Shown one piece after another: positions 1 through 8,751 of a stretch of 64,000 nucleotides of DNA. Position 1 is the first letter of the stretch, and every line of letters starts with the position of its first letter. This stretch comes from a virus. Location of the stretch: positions 55,666 through 119,665 of the IMG/VR virus record IMGVR_UViG_3300003886_000001. One strand, given 5' to 3'. The notes beneath the pieces are model-generated. The model saw only the letters and a program-made list of their open reading frames with translations, was not told where the DNA came from and made no database searches. The position numbers and the translations under genes are program-made.

Positions 1-40
1 ATAAGGAACGTCTCTACGACCCTCTCAGAGTTTGGTACAT

Positions 41-70
41 AAAAGAAGCACCTTTTTAGGTGCTTTTCTT
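41..70 (-). terminator. Intrinsic terminator ending the small-membrane-protein operon
   Basis: Inverted repeat AAGAAGCACCT/AGGTGCTTTTCTT with A/T tracts, overlapping the stop codon of 56..223. Confidence 0.7.
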
Positions 71-223
71 TACTATAATTAAGCCGATAATTGCTAATGT
101 TACGATTATTAACAGGGCCGGAAAATGGCCGGCCGTCCAAAGAGTAATGAGGACAAATCCTCCTAGAAATGTAAGTAATATCACTATTACAACCAGTGTG
201 GCAACCCATCCAAAGACATACAT
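56..223 (-). CDS. Small 2-TM membrane protein (55 aa, not in ORF track)
   Basis: Manual translation MYVFGWVATLVVIVILLTFLGG...IIVKKST; GGAGG RBS; TAAATG coupling to upstream ORF. Confidence 0.7.
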   Translation of the reverse strand: MYVFGWVATLVVIVILLTFLGGFVLITLWTAGHFPALLIIVTLAIIGLIIVKKST

Positions 224-295
224 TTATTCCTCCAAAACTATGAAAATTAGAAGAATGAAGAAGGAACCAAAGGCTACCACAAAGTCAATAATCAT
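224..295 (-). CDS. Very small hydrophobic peptide (23 aa)
   Basis: MIIDFVVAFGSFFILLIFIVLEE; ATGA overlap with upstream ORF. Confidence 0.5.
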   Translation of the reverse strand: MIIDFVVAFGSFFILLIFIVLEE

Positions 296-450
296 TTCCA
301 CCTCTCTTCAACCATGACACCTATGATGATAAGTCCGAGCCCTACCACAAGCCCTCCAAGCATGGCTAACACGGAGCCTGTCAGGGCGGTAGCTATACCT
401 ATGAACACCACCACAGATACATATAGGACCGACACTATTAGTTTAACCAC
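292..450 (-). CDS. Small 2-TM membrane protein (52 aa, GTG start)
   Basis: MVKLIVSVLYVSVVVFIGIATALTGSVLAMLGGLVVGLGLIIIGVMVEERWK; overlaps stop of 443..709. Confidence 0.6.
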   Translation of the reverse strand: MVKLIVSVLYVSVVVFIGIATALTGSVLAMLGGLVVGLGLIIIGVMVEERWK

Positions 451-709
451 TATGAGAGTCCAACACTTCTTGGATTGCTACCACTGCTGGGGGAACAAAG
501 ATTGCCAGAGAGATTCCTCCGAGGAAGAACAGGACCCAGAAGTATGAAACCCCGAAAAACAGCGGTAGGTTACCAAACCCAATGATAATTCCGGCTATAA
601 TAAGCCCTACAAACGCTATGGCTGATAGCTGTATGACATATACAGCCACTACCATTAGTTTATTTAATACGAGCTTGTTTAAGATTTCGGTCACCATTTT
701 TTCCATCAT
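443..709 (-). CDS. Small membrane protein (88 aa)
   Basis: Two long hydrophobic stretches; AGGAG RBS. Confidence 0.7.
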   Translation of the reverse strand: MMEKMVTEILNKLVLNKLMVVAVYVIQLSAIAFVGLIIAGIIIGFGNLPLFFGVSYFWVLFFLGGISLAIFVPPAVVAIQEVLDSHSG

Positions 710-727
710 TTACTTCTCCTTATCTAA

Positions 728-1489
728 TCAGTGAGTAAACACTACTTTGGCGTCTGGTCCACGATGCAACCGCCAAGTTGAGCCATCAAATGAAGGTAAG
801 TACCCTGCAAGCCACAAGGTGCGTAGACTAGCCCATGGATTGGGTCGGCTAATCCCTTTCCAAGATGCTATACTTGGGAAGAGACTGCCTATGTAACCTG
901 TTGCGCCTATGGAATCATCTCTTATTGAATCCCCGACCGAATTCCGTACCGCACCCACCACTGAGTCACCAATTGGATACCACACCGAGTTCCATACCGA
1001 ACCCCATACCGAACTCCACATTGAGTTTCGTATTGTATGTAGCACCGATTCCCACACTGGGACCTCTGATAAATCCCACACGGTTGCCACCCAGTCTGCG
1101 AGTAGGGTGTGCAACCTGTCCTTTGGCAACTCTGGTCCATTTACAAACAGGGGATTGATAGGATGGTTAGCTTCATACAGCCAAAACTTAGCCAACCTGT
1201 TCTGCTCCTCAGCGCTGATAATGCTAACCGGTAGACACTCACTAACACGTGTTGATGTTTCATCCGCAGTAATGATGTGTTGTGGTTGTACCTCAACTTG
1301 TAGGTACTCACTTGAGCTACCCTGATACCGAACAGCATTCCAGAAGGTATGAGCTACATGTAAACCTGTTCCGCAAGTGCCTTTTTCGGGTGGGTCGGGA
1401 TTAGCGACATGTAGTGGTTTACCTATCTCCCACTGTGTTTTCTTATCGTAGTAGCTAGTCATATCAAGTGTCACAGCTTTGTAATACAC
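728..1489 (-). CDS. Phage hypothetical protein with SVWxSVWx low-complexity repeat
   Basis: N-terminal YYKAV...CGTGLHV...EVEV phage-type domain; SMWSSVWGSVWNSVW tract; AGGAG RBS. Confidence 0.75.
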   Translation of the reverse strand: MYYKAVTLDMTSYYDKKTQWEIGKPLHVANPDPPEKGTCGTGLHVAHTFWNAVRYQGSSSEYLQVEVQPQHIITADETSTRVSECLPVSIISAEEQNRLAKFWLYEANHPINPLFVNGPELPKDRLHTLLADWVATVWDLSEVPVWESVLHTIRNSMWSSVWGSVWNSVWYPIGDSVVGAVRNSVGDSIRDDSIGATGYIGSLFPSIASWKGISRPNPWASLRTLWLAGYLPSFDGSTWRLHRGPDAKVVFTH

Positions 1490-1815
1490 GATTTACTTCT
1501 CCTTTGTATTTCATTTTTCCATGAAAGGGCGTGAACTTCGCCGACTCCCCAAAGAACTACTACGGTATGGTTTTCAATACCATCGGTATACTCCTTCTCT
1601 ATAATCCTGTCCTCAGTAATACAGGTGGTCTCAGTTTCACCGTTTCCCCACCAGATATTGATGGGGCCTTTCCCGTATAGGTACAAACTAATACCTGTTA
1701 GTTCATTAGCGAATACCGACCATAATGAGTCCTTGTTATAGTTCTTTTCAAGCCACAATACCAACCCCTCATCCCCAGCTACTTCAAGGTCTTCCAGAGC
1801 GTCTTTAATGGTCAT
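1471..1815 (-). CDS. Hypothetical protein (leaderless)
   Basis: 114-aa ORF; TACTAT -10 lies 5 nt before ATG. Confidence 0.7.
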   Translation of the reverse strand: MTIKDALEDLEVAGDEGLVLWLEKNYNKDSLWSVFANELTGISLYLYGKGPINIWWGNGETETTCITEDRIIEKEYTDGIENHTVVVLWGVGEVHALSWKNEIQRRSKSCITKL

Positions 1816-1838
1816 GACCTATAGTAACAAAGTCATAT

Positions 1839-2018
1839 CTAAGAAGTATGATAGAAGAGGACAATTCCCGCTATGGCTATAAGGATGGTAAGGATAGCTG
1901 CCTCCCCCAGGATTAAGAAGGAGGAATTAATCGCCGACAAAACGAGCAACACCACAATAGCGATAAATAAAACAGCTGAAATACCAAGGGCTAGTAGCTT
2001 AATTAGGTCGACTAACAT
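1839..2018 (-). CDS. Small 2-TM membrane protein (59 aa, not in ORF track)
   Basis: MLVDLIKLLALGISAVLFIAIVVLL...; GGAGG RBS; TATAAT at 2037-2042. Confidence 0.75.
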   Translation of the reverse strand: MLVDLIKLLALGISAVLFIAIVVLLVLSAINSSFLILGEAAILTILIAIAGIVLFYHTS

Positions 2019-2036
2019 ACTGTTCCTCCACTTTCT

Positions 2037-2060
2037 ATTATATTACCATCATACATGAGA
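2037..2060 (-). promoter_or_regulatory. TCTCAT-N12-TATAAT promoter
   Basis: TCTCAT 2055-2060, 12-nt spacer, TATAAT 2037-2042. Confidence 0.7.
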
Positions 2061-2231
2061 AACATGAGTTCTCATACTTCTCATTAAAGTATGGGGTATC
2101 CTTGTTTTGTAAGTAGGGAGGTTAATGTAACGCTTCCCGGAGGTATGGGAGGCACCCCGTTAGAAGCCTCCTCCCCTGAGGTGTCTCCCTAGGATAGGGC
2201 ACCTCGGGGATTCCTTTAGGAGGAGAGATTT

Positions 2232-2531
2232 ATGCCTTGGATAATAAAAGTACCGTTTCTTGTCCCTACGTGGGCTGCTGCCCAGACTTGGGGACCAATT
2301 ATTTTGGTAAATAATAGGTATGCACTTACCACTAAAACCTTAGCACATGAATTGAGACACTATGTCCAGAGCATGTGGTTTGGTTTTATCCTGTGGCCCG
2401 CAGCTTACCTAGTTGCCTGGGCTATCGGGGGGTTTTCTTATCGCAATAATTGGTTCGAGAAGGATGCTAGAAACCATTCTGTTGACCCCCGTTATGTTAA
2501 GTGGGCTCAAAACACCAAATATCCTGTATGA
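2232..2531 (+). CDS. HExxH zincin-like protein (DUF4157-like)
   Basis: AQTWGPII...LAHELRHYVQ...NNWFEKDAR; AGGAGGAG RBS. Confidence 0.65.
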   Translation: MPWIIKVPFLVPTWAAAQTWGPIILVNNRYALTTKTLAHELRHYVQSMWFGFILWPAAYLVAWAIGGFSYRNNWFEKDARNHSVDPRYVKWAQNTKYPV

Positions 2532-2953
2532 ACACCAAACTTAAATGCCTTTGTAGTGCCTTTGAGTAGGATGTCCACTGCCTTTGTGTAGCGTGGGTTC
2601 ATGGTGTCCCATACAATACCCTTCATCAGGAGCTTGCCGTTGTTATCATATACGGCAACTTTTATTCCGCATAGTTTCTTCCCGTTTCTAAAGAACAAGT
2701 CCTGGCTTAATGCTACTTGATGGGGAAGATTCGGCCCGCAACTAGCGATACTGGGGCTGGAGTCAGTCTGGTTTTCCACGGGATTATATGCCGTGATACG
2801 CCTAAGCCTGATAATAGGGGGTAATTGTGCGGTAGGGTGGACGATGAGGCTTTTGGCTAAGGTAACATCAACTCCCATGGGGGGTATTTGTCTAGACCAT
2901 AGCAGAGTAGTAAGGCCTAGCATGATTACCAGTAGTGCAGCCATTCTAAGCAT
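2507..2953 (-). CDS. Membrane-anchored 3D-domain (MltA-like) putative peptidoglycan-active protein
   Basis: N-terminal hydrophobic anchor; ITAYNPVENQTDSSP, VALSQDL and VWDTMNPRYTKAVDI motifs. Confidence 0.75.
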   Translation of the reverse strand: MLRMAALLVIMLGLTTLLWSRQIPPMGVDVTLAKSLIVHPTAQLPPIIRLRRITAYNPVENQTDSSPSIASCGPNLPHQVALSQDLFFRNGKKLCGIKVAVYDNNGKLLMKGIVWDTMNPRYTKAVDILLKGTTKAFKFGVHTGYLVF

Positions 2954-3212
2954 GCCTAATCATCTCCGGAGAGTAACTGAGCCCGGCTAATTTGACTCCC
3001 TCTTGCTCAATCTCTTTTGTGGGGCCATGATGTTCCTGTAGGAATCCCATAACATTGTTAGGACGACACGCGGCTAGTGCCTCTTCAACCGTTTCGAAGT
3101 CCCCTAAGAATGTAGCATGAGTACCAGCTATTACCCTAACCTTGATGCTGGTACCCATGACTTCTCCTTCAAGACTCAGTTCCTGCAAGAGGAAGGGGGA
3201 AACCTCAACCAC
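2946..3212 (-). CDS. Hypothetical protein
   Basis: ORF coupled to both neighbours in the minus-strand operon. Confidence 0.6.
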   Translation of the reverse strand: MVEVSPFLLQELSLEGEVMGTSIKVRVIAGTHATFLGDFETVEEALAACRPNNVMGFLQEHHGPTKEIEQEGVKLAGLSYSPEMIRHA

Positions 3213-3567
3213 TCCACCCTACCTTTACGAGGTTAGCTACGGGCTGCGGAAGAATTTCTCCGAAGTAGTTCACGTGAGCCTTTTCTCCTTCAACGTCGAC
3301 CACCTGTACGGGAGTAGCGTACTGGATGGCATGTGCCCGGTTCTTGTAGACGTCAAGCGGGCGAACTACCGTGTCACCGGCGACAATAGGGCCATCAACT
3401 GCGACCAGCACCTTTTCCTTTTCCTTCCGGGGACGACCTACCGGACGCTTGGGGGCGTTTCGGCAAGTTGGGCACTTCAGCGGAGGCCGGCCACGACCAA
3501 GCTGTACATGCTCAAATTCGGAACCACATTCGGTACAAACCTTGGTAACTGCCTTAGTGTTTTCCAT
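3205..3567 (-). CDS. Zn-ribbon plus AT-hook putative DNA-binding protein
   Basis: CTEC...CPTC; GRGRPP and PVGRPRK; leaderless promoter. Confidence 0.75.
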   Translation of the reverse strand: MENTKAVTKVCTECGSEFEHVQLGRGRPPLKCPTCRNAPKRPVGRPRKEKEKVLVAVDGPIVAGDTVVRPLDVYKNRAHAIQYATPVQVVDVEGEKAHVNYFGEILPQPVANLVKVGWSG

Positions 3568-3573
3568 GTCTTT

Positions 3574-3597
3574 ATATTACCTCGTCTCTTTATGAGA
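3574..3597 (-). promoter_or_regulatory. TCTCAT-N12-TAATAT leaderless promoter
   Basis: TCTCAT 3592-3597, -10 at 3574-3579, ATG 6 nt later at 3567. Confidence 0.7.
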
Positions 3598-3783
3598 AGG
3601 ATGACCAAATATGGTCAAAACCTTGTCAAACTGGCAATGCTCCTCCATTTCCTTTACCTCTAGTCTAGTAGGGCTTTCATAGATGGCTAATTGCTTGCCC
3701 GGCCGGGAAGGGACCAGGTAAATCACAAAGTCCCATTCTGGGTCAGATACTTTAGTAACAAGTTGTGGTTGTCCGTATGTCAT
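3577..3783 (-). CDS. Hypothetical protein
   Basis: 68-aa ORF with ATGA overlap to the helicase stop. Confidence 0.6.
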   Translation of the reverse strand: MTYGQPQLVTKVSDPEWDFVIYLVPSRPGKQLAIYESPTRLEVKEMEEHCQFDKVLTIFGHPSHKETR

Positions 3784-5687
3784 TCTTCCAACTGCCTTCG
3801 GTATTTGTGGACAAGGTGCTGTCCTATGATTGCCTGCTTAGAAGTCAAAAACGGGGCTTCGGCCAAAGAATGTCCAATGTTAGAGTCTACCATACTAAAT
3901 CCCATCCCATTCCTTTCGGTAGCCCTGTCAGAATCTAACAGCGCTAGCTGCTGTAGCTTAGCGTGAATGATGCTAATTTCGTCCTCCTCCATGTACTCTG
4001 CGGTTTCTTCTATCTCTCGATAGGTGGGGTAATCGTCGTCATTAAGCTGATATTCGGCATCAAGCGCCTTATCAATAACCCTTTGTTTCCCGATAACGGT
4101 CTGGGCCATAAGGGCATCGAGACTGCCTTCCAATACCAAGTGCTGTACCAAGACGGCATCATCTTGTCCAATACGGTGGCACCTGTCTTCTGCCTGGCTA
4201 ATGTTTCCAGGCACCCAGTCTAACTCTGCAAACACTACGTGGGAGGCTGCCGTTAGCGTAATTCCTACCCCGGCCGCCTGTATGTTCCCGAGGAAGTATT
4301 GCACGCTAGGGTCATTCTGGAACCTGCTTACGGCAATTTCCCGGTCTTCCATCTTAGTGTCTCCGGTCAAGACAACGGCTGCCTCTCCCAGGTCTTCTTT
4401 AAGGGCGTAGATGACATCTTTATGGTGGGCGAACACAACCACCTTATGGTCGATATTGTGGAGATGTTCCAACACGTACGGTATTTTAGCTACCGCCGTA
4501 TCATGACGAAGCGCGGATAACTCACTAAAGTATACCGCAAAGTCGTGCCGGAGTTCAGAAACCGCATGGGCATATTCCTCAGGACTGCCCGCTTTAGCCA
4601 ACTCCACGTTAGCCTTCAAGGTCTCTTGCTTTTCCCACGCCTCTGCTTCTGCCTTTACCAGATAGCGTGCATCACCTTCGGGTGGAATTTCAATAATCTG
4701 TCGCCGCTTTGCTGGCAATTCTGTTAGTACGTCTTCCTTTAAACGCCTAATCATTAAACTACTCCGCAGCCGGTCCTGCAATTCTTCAAGGTTGCTTGAC
4801 CCATTAAAGTCCCAACCGTAACCATTATTTGTAGCGCCGCAGTAGCGCTGGGCGTAGGTCCAGTAGGAAGGCCATTCCTTGGAGTCCAGGGAATGGAGTA
4901 CCGGATATAGTTCAATAGGGCGATTAGTAATTGGCGTCCCTGTCAGGTAAATGCGTTTGTTGGCTTGAATGCCATTAATGGCAGCTTTACCTGTCTTTGT
5001 TTTTTTGGCCCCAAAGATGTACTTTGTCCGTTGGGCAGTCTGGTGCTTGAGGTAATGCACCTCATCAATAATGAGGATATCCCACACCTGACTAGTTAGG
5101 ACCTCGTGGTGTTTTCTAACCACGTCGTAGTTAATAATGACTATGTCCACATTCTCGGGATACTTACTGCGGTTGACAACACCGATTGTGTAAGGGAGAA
5201 CGAGCCACTTTTCTAGTTCTTTACGCCAATTGAGACGCAAAGAGGCTGGACAGATAATCAGAACTTTCTGCTTTTCAGAGGAATTAATAACCCCTATAGT
5301 TTCAATGGTTTTGCCCAGCCCCATTTCATCGCCCAACAAGGTACCGGTCTTATTTAATGCAAATGCAATCCCGGCCTTTTGGTAAGGTAGGTATTCCAGG
5401 CCTTTCGGAGAGTCTACCGAAAGGTTAGCATCAGTAGCGCGAGAAAGCTCTCGATTAGCCTCTCGTTGCTCTAAAACTTCCGTCGGAACCTTCCCCCAGT
5501 GGCAGATGGTCCATTCCCCGTCATTCTCGCGAACAACAGAATAGCCATCCTTTTTCAGATTAGCCTTGTCTTTCTTCCACAAGGCCCAGAACTCTTGCGT
5601 TGTATGGGCTTTGCGAAGAATACGTTCCCCATATTTAGTGCGGACAGTTCTGGGCTCGGTCCAGTTAAGTTGGTCTAGAACTTCCAT
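3780..5687 (-). CDS. SNF2-family (SMARCAL1/HARP-like) helicase
   Basis: LLGDEMGLGKT, ICPASL, IIDEVH, LTGTPITN, RRLKEDVL, GITLTAA, QAEDRCHRIGQ. Confidence 0.95.
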   Translation of the reverse strand: MEVLDQLNWTEPRTVRTKYGERILRKAHTTQEFWALWKKDKANLKKDGYSVVRENDGEWTICHWGKVPTEVLEQREANRELSRATDANLSVDSPKGLEYLPYQKAGIAFALNKTGTLLGDEMGLGKTIETIGVINSSEKQKVLIICPASLRLNWRKELEKWLVLPYTIGVVNRSKYPENVDIVIINYDVVRKHHEVLTSQVWDILIIDEVHYLKHQTAQRTKYIFGAKKTKTGKAAINGIQANKRIYLTGTPITNRPIELYPVLHSLDSKEWPSYWTYAQRYCGATNNGYGWDFNGSSNLEELQDRLRSSLMIRRLKEDVLTELPAKRRQIIEIPPEGDARYLVKAEAEAWEKQETLKANVELAKAGSPEEYAHAVSELRHDFAVYFSELSALRHDTAVAKIPYVLEHLHNIDHKVVVFAHHKDVIYALKEDLGEAAVVLTGDTKMEDREIAVSRFQNDPSVQYFLGNIQAAGVGITLTAASHVVFAELDWVPGNISQAEDRCHRIGQDDAVLVQHLVLEGSLDALMAQTVIGKQRVIDKALDAEYQLNDDDYPTYREIEETAEYMEEDEISIIHAKLQQLALLDSDRATERNGMGFSMVDSNIGHSLAEAPFLTSKQAIIGQHLVHKYRRQLEE

Positions 5688-5727
5688 ATCTAAATCCTAG
5701 CATAACTACATGAGAGCCTCCTGAGGA

Positions 5728-5997
5728 TTAATCTTTAACCTTCTCTAGGGTAACCATATTAAAACTTACTGCAAATCTTTCTAGGTATACCTCGGTCCTC
5801 AGAGGGTACACTTCTACCCTTCGTACCAGGTACCGTTTCTCCTTAACCAGTAACGTCCTTACCTGGTTGCGGTCAGAATCCGAGCCAGCTTCAAAAAATG
5901 GAATAACAATGTCCCCAGGTTGTAAAGGATAGGTAGGGTCATCAAAGACGACCTTACCATTTGGTAAAACATCAGGCTTAGTAAAGTTTTGTGTCAT
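5728..5997 (-). CDS. Hypothetical phage protein
   Basis: 89-aa ORF coupled to upstream gene. Confidence 0.65.
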   Translation of the reverse strand: MTQNFTKPDVLPNGKVVFDDPTYPLQPGDIVIPFFEAGSDSDRNQVRTLLVKEKRYLVRRVEVYPLRTEVYLERFAVSFNMVTLEKVKD

Positions 5998-6467
5998 CTT
6001 TCCCCCCGTATATAGCGGACTTCAAAGGGATATTCCAGATAGTTAGCCAAAGACATTTCATGCTCGGGCTGAGAGTCCTCAAGATGTAGTTGTACAACTT
6101 CCTCCATTTCCGTATATAGCTCCTCTAAGGTTGCAGCGGTGACAGCTGCCTGCCAACGCAACGCTCCTGCCGACCAATTATGCTCTAGTTGTACTGTTGC
6201 AAAAGGATAGTAACCTAGGCACAGGTCGTGGATATTATTGTATGCTAGTGCCGCGCCTGTATCTTCGACGTCGTCGTGATGGAAGTGGTTAATAAGTATT
6301 TGAGCTGGGCGTTGTATCTCGTTGAGGATTGTCTCCATAGACACGCCCTCTGCAATATCCCACCACAAAACAAGTCTAGCATGGGGAGAGTCTTCGTCTC
6401 CGCTAACTAGATAACTATCTTTTACGTGGAGGCCGATTCTCTTAGGACCGCCCATTATCAATTCCAT
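5994..6467 (-). CDS. Paralog family A domain fused to a C-terminal HicB-like domain
   Basis: IGLHVKDS..LWWDI..ILNEIQRPAQILIN..IHDLC, then AAVTAATLEELYTEMEEVVQLHLE. Confidence 0.65.
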   Translation of the reverse strand: MELIMGGPKRIGLHVKDSYLVSGDEDSPHARLVLWWDIAEGVSMETILNEIQRPAQILINHFHHDDVEDTGAALAYNNIHDLCLGYYPFATVQLEHNWSAGALRWQAAVTAATLEELYTEMEEVVQLHLEDSQPEHEMSLANYLEYPFEVRYIRGER

Positions 6468-6469
6468 TT

Positions 6470-6802
6470 TTAAGTCCTTTCTACATAATTTGAGATACGC
6501 TTTTCAGCGCCGGCGGCATTACCAACTAATGCTCTAATAAACCCCCATCTACTTCCACGTGGATAAGGTGGTGCCATAATGTACTCATTAAGAATTATTT
6601 GAGCATCCACTACCAGCTTTGGGAGTAGTGACTCAGCGTATTCCGGGGTACGTGAGGGAATAAACCACCACCTAAACACAGCACCATAAAATACTTCTAC
6701 ATCAGATACTTTAGAGTTAATAGCTAATACTCCAGTATCAAGATGCAAGGCAATATAGGATGCCTTAAGTATAGGGTGATATTCTACTTTAACAGTCTTC
6801 AT
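6470..6802 (-). CDS. Paralog family A protein
   Basis: IALHLDTGVL..FRWW..SLLPKLVVDAQIILN. Confidence 0.7.
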   Translation of the reverse strand: MKTVKVEYHPILKASYIALHLDTGVLAINSKVSDVEVFYGAVFRWWFIPSRTPEYAESLLPKLVVDAQIILNEYIMAPPYPRGSRWGFIRALVGNAAGAEKRISNYVERT

Positions 6803-7358
6803 GGTCTGGTTTTTCTCGGGCTAGATTCCGGCAATCAAATAAATATTCCTTTAGGTCTAAAAGGACCGTTATTAAATCATCCTCTTCATAGGATGCATTC
6901 AATATAGGAGCCCTAGGGTTATCCTCTAAATAATGACTCATGTCTTCCAATTGTCCGTCTGTTGTATAACTATACACAGAGTCAATAATTCTCCCATCAT
7001 CCCAATCGGCGGCCTCTACATAACGTACTGGTTTATGTTCCTCTGTACGCGTCTTGCAGGCTGTAGCTATTCTTGCGTGGGCTTCTAATGCAGAACCACC
7101 CGAATCCAAGGCAATCTGAGCATCTCCCGCAATATTTCCCAGCAAACTATCAGCGGCAATCGGGGTTAATACCCCTATAGGCCAGACTAGTGACTTCGTT
7201 CGTAGTCCCTCCGACCTCTGTATTGATAAGCTACCGGCACCCCAATCTAACACTACCTCGCAAGGATGGGGCTTATTAGTAGGAAAGTCATACCATAATG
7301 AGTTCTTGAGTCGTGCGGAATCAAGAGCAGTGGGGATGATGTTAATAATTCTCCTCAT
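6789..7358 (-). CDS. Paralog family A protein, long form with C-terminal extension
   Basis: VVLDWGAGSL..VWPIGVLTPIAADSLLGNIAGDAQIALD..IATAC; start 7358 inferred from ATGA overlap. Confidence 0.75.
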   Translation of the reverse strand: MRRIINIIPTALDSARLKNSLWYDFPTNKPHPCEVVLDWGAGSLSIQRSEGLRTKSLVWPIGVLTPIAADSLLGNIAGDAQIALDSGGSALEAHARIATACKTRTEEHKPVRYVEAADWDDGRIIDSVYSYTTDGQLEDMSHYLEDNPRAPILNASYEEDDLITVLLDLKEYLFDCRNLAREKPDHEDC

Positions 7359-7747
7359 GCTCGTACAGCCCCGCATGCTTCCGCAATACGATTATAGGAT
7401 GTTCTAGCGGATTCTGATACAACACTTCCCGCTAAGTCGTCCCAGATACTATCGGTTGGCGTTGCCGTTACCTCGCTGCCGTCAAGGACCCGTTGAGCAA
7501 ACGGTTTAACGGTGTTCATAAGTGCATCCGCCGCAGGTCCTGATAGCGGGGCGATAGGCCATTCCAACGTAATTCCTACTAACACCCCTTCCGGGATTCT
7601 TCCGACGTCCCGGGTAAGGACATATAGACGCCCCGTTTCAAGGTCAAGACGCAAGAAACACGCCTCGGCCTCGCTATTCTGTTGAAGGGCTAAGTCTAGT
7701 TGCAGGATAGTATTAACCCTAACGTCCTTGACGGTTACAAGACGCAC
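7355..7747 (-). CDS. Paralog family A protein
   Basis: LRLDLETGRL..LEWPIAPLSGPAADALMNTVKPFAQRVLDG..IAEAC; GTG start after GGGGAG. Confidence 0.75.
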   Translation of the reverse strand: MRLVTVKDVRVNTILQLDLALQQNSEAEACFLRLDLETGRLYVLTRDVGRIPEGVLVGITLEWPIAPLSGPAADALMNTVKPFAQRVLDGSEVTATPTDSIWDDLAGSVVSESARTSYNRIAEACGAVRA

Positions 7748-7748
7748 C

Positions 7749-7946
7749 TCAGTCTCCCCACCCCTCTGCTCGGTCCGCGCATTCATCACACTGGTAGTGG
7801 GCGCGGACATCGAGTTGTGTCAGCCGATTAGGTTCCCCGCAGGTGGGGCAAGGGAGGTTACGTGGGTTACGCCGAGTAGAGCGACGCAAGGCGCTACCAC
7901 TATTCTCGAATCCAACACCATCAATCGGTTCATCGTAGTAATCCAT
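7749..7946 (-). CDS. Small Zn-finger phage protein (leaderless)
   Basis: LPCPTCG..YQCDECAD; TTGACA-17-TATAGT-5-ATG. Confidence 0.8.
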   Translation of the reverse strand: MDYYDEPIDGVGFENSGSALRRSTRRNPRNLPCPTCGEPNRLTQLDVRAHYQCDECADRAEGWGD

Positions 7947-7951
7947 GTCTT

Positions 7952-7980
7952 ACTATAGCACCTGGTCATCTAGGTGTCAA
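7952..7980 (-). promoter_or_regulatory. Canonical sigma70 leaderless promoter
   Basis: TTGACA 7975-7980, 17-nt spacer, TATAGT 7952-7957. Confidence 0.85.
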
Positions 7981-8302
7981 CAGTTTGTTGACACAGTTTT
8001 GTGATTTGACGCTTCGCAGTGATAAACGGAGGGCCAAAACGCAGCACGTCTCCCGAGGCTGTATCAACAAACTGGCAGTTGTCAATCATTTGTTGAGCAA
8101 ACGGGGTAATACTCTCTAGCAGGTCGTTGACATCTTCTGGTGCAACAATAACACGCCAATGTCTGACGGGGTTAGTGCGTGCGGCAGAATCTGTTTTTGG
8201 GGCGTCGTACCCCACTAGTGTAAGCTCTTCGCTAGCAATGTTGAAACGTACGTAAACAAACTTCCTGTCAGTAGCATTAACAATCTTTAAAGTTGTGGAC
8301 AT
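7970..8302 (-). CDS. Paralog family A protein
   Basis: VRFNIASEEL..RHWRV..NDLLESITPFAQQMID..ITKLC. Confidence 0.75.
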   Translation of the reverse strand: MSTTLKIVNATDRKFVYVRFNIASEELTLVGYDAPKTDSAARTNPVRHWRVIVAPEDVNDLLESITPFAQQMIDNCQFVDTASGDVLRFGPPFITAKRQITKLCQQTVDT

Positions 8303-8687
8303 TTATCTCCCCTTCTGCTAAGACTCCGATTATATCCCATACCTCATCTTCTTTGATAAGGTTTGACATCCGGTTAGAATCGCCGGGGTCAAAAACCCTT
8401 CTACCATCCCATACCATAGCATGCCACTCTGTGAATATGATGTGAACAGGAGCAAACGACTTAGGAGGCCAGGGTTTTCTTTCCACACCCAGAATGTGAC
8501 CCTTTGGCCATGTCATGCGGTGAAGGTGTTTGATACCATAGCCCGCTTCGAGCAGTAGATGCTTTACACCTGTCACGGTAGTTGCCGACCAACAGGTAGG
8601 AATGGTGTTAAGAGGCAGTCCTGTCACCATCGCGATGCTCGCGGCGACGCATTGATTAGGCTGTTGTGAGACGTATTGGATTAGTTT
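8277..8687 (-). pseudogene. Peptidase C39-like gene whose start codon appears lost
   Basis: Open frame extends upstream of ATG 8630: KLIQYVSQQPNQCVAASIAM...HAMVWDGRRVFDP; in-frame TAA at 8688-8690. Confidence 0.55.
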
Positions 8688-8707
8688 TTACTCCGCTCGC
8701 GTATGAG

Positions 8708-8747
8708 ACAAACTGTCACCACTTGTTGATAAGTGGTGACGTTTTGT
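8708..8747. terminator. Probable bidirectional terminator
   Basis: GTCACCACTT/AAGTGGTGAC 10-bp stem, 8715-8740. Confidence 0.7.
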
Positions 8748-8751
8748 CTGA

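Noticed and set aside
60-547. Plus-strand ORFs 60..317 and 314..547
   Set aside because: They are antisense shadows of the minus-strand membrane genes, which have RBSs and coupling.
5694-5715. Helicase promoter as a member of the TCTCAT-N12 class
   Set aside because: The spacer is 10 nt, not 12; it is more likely an extended -10 promoter, so it was not counted.
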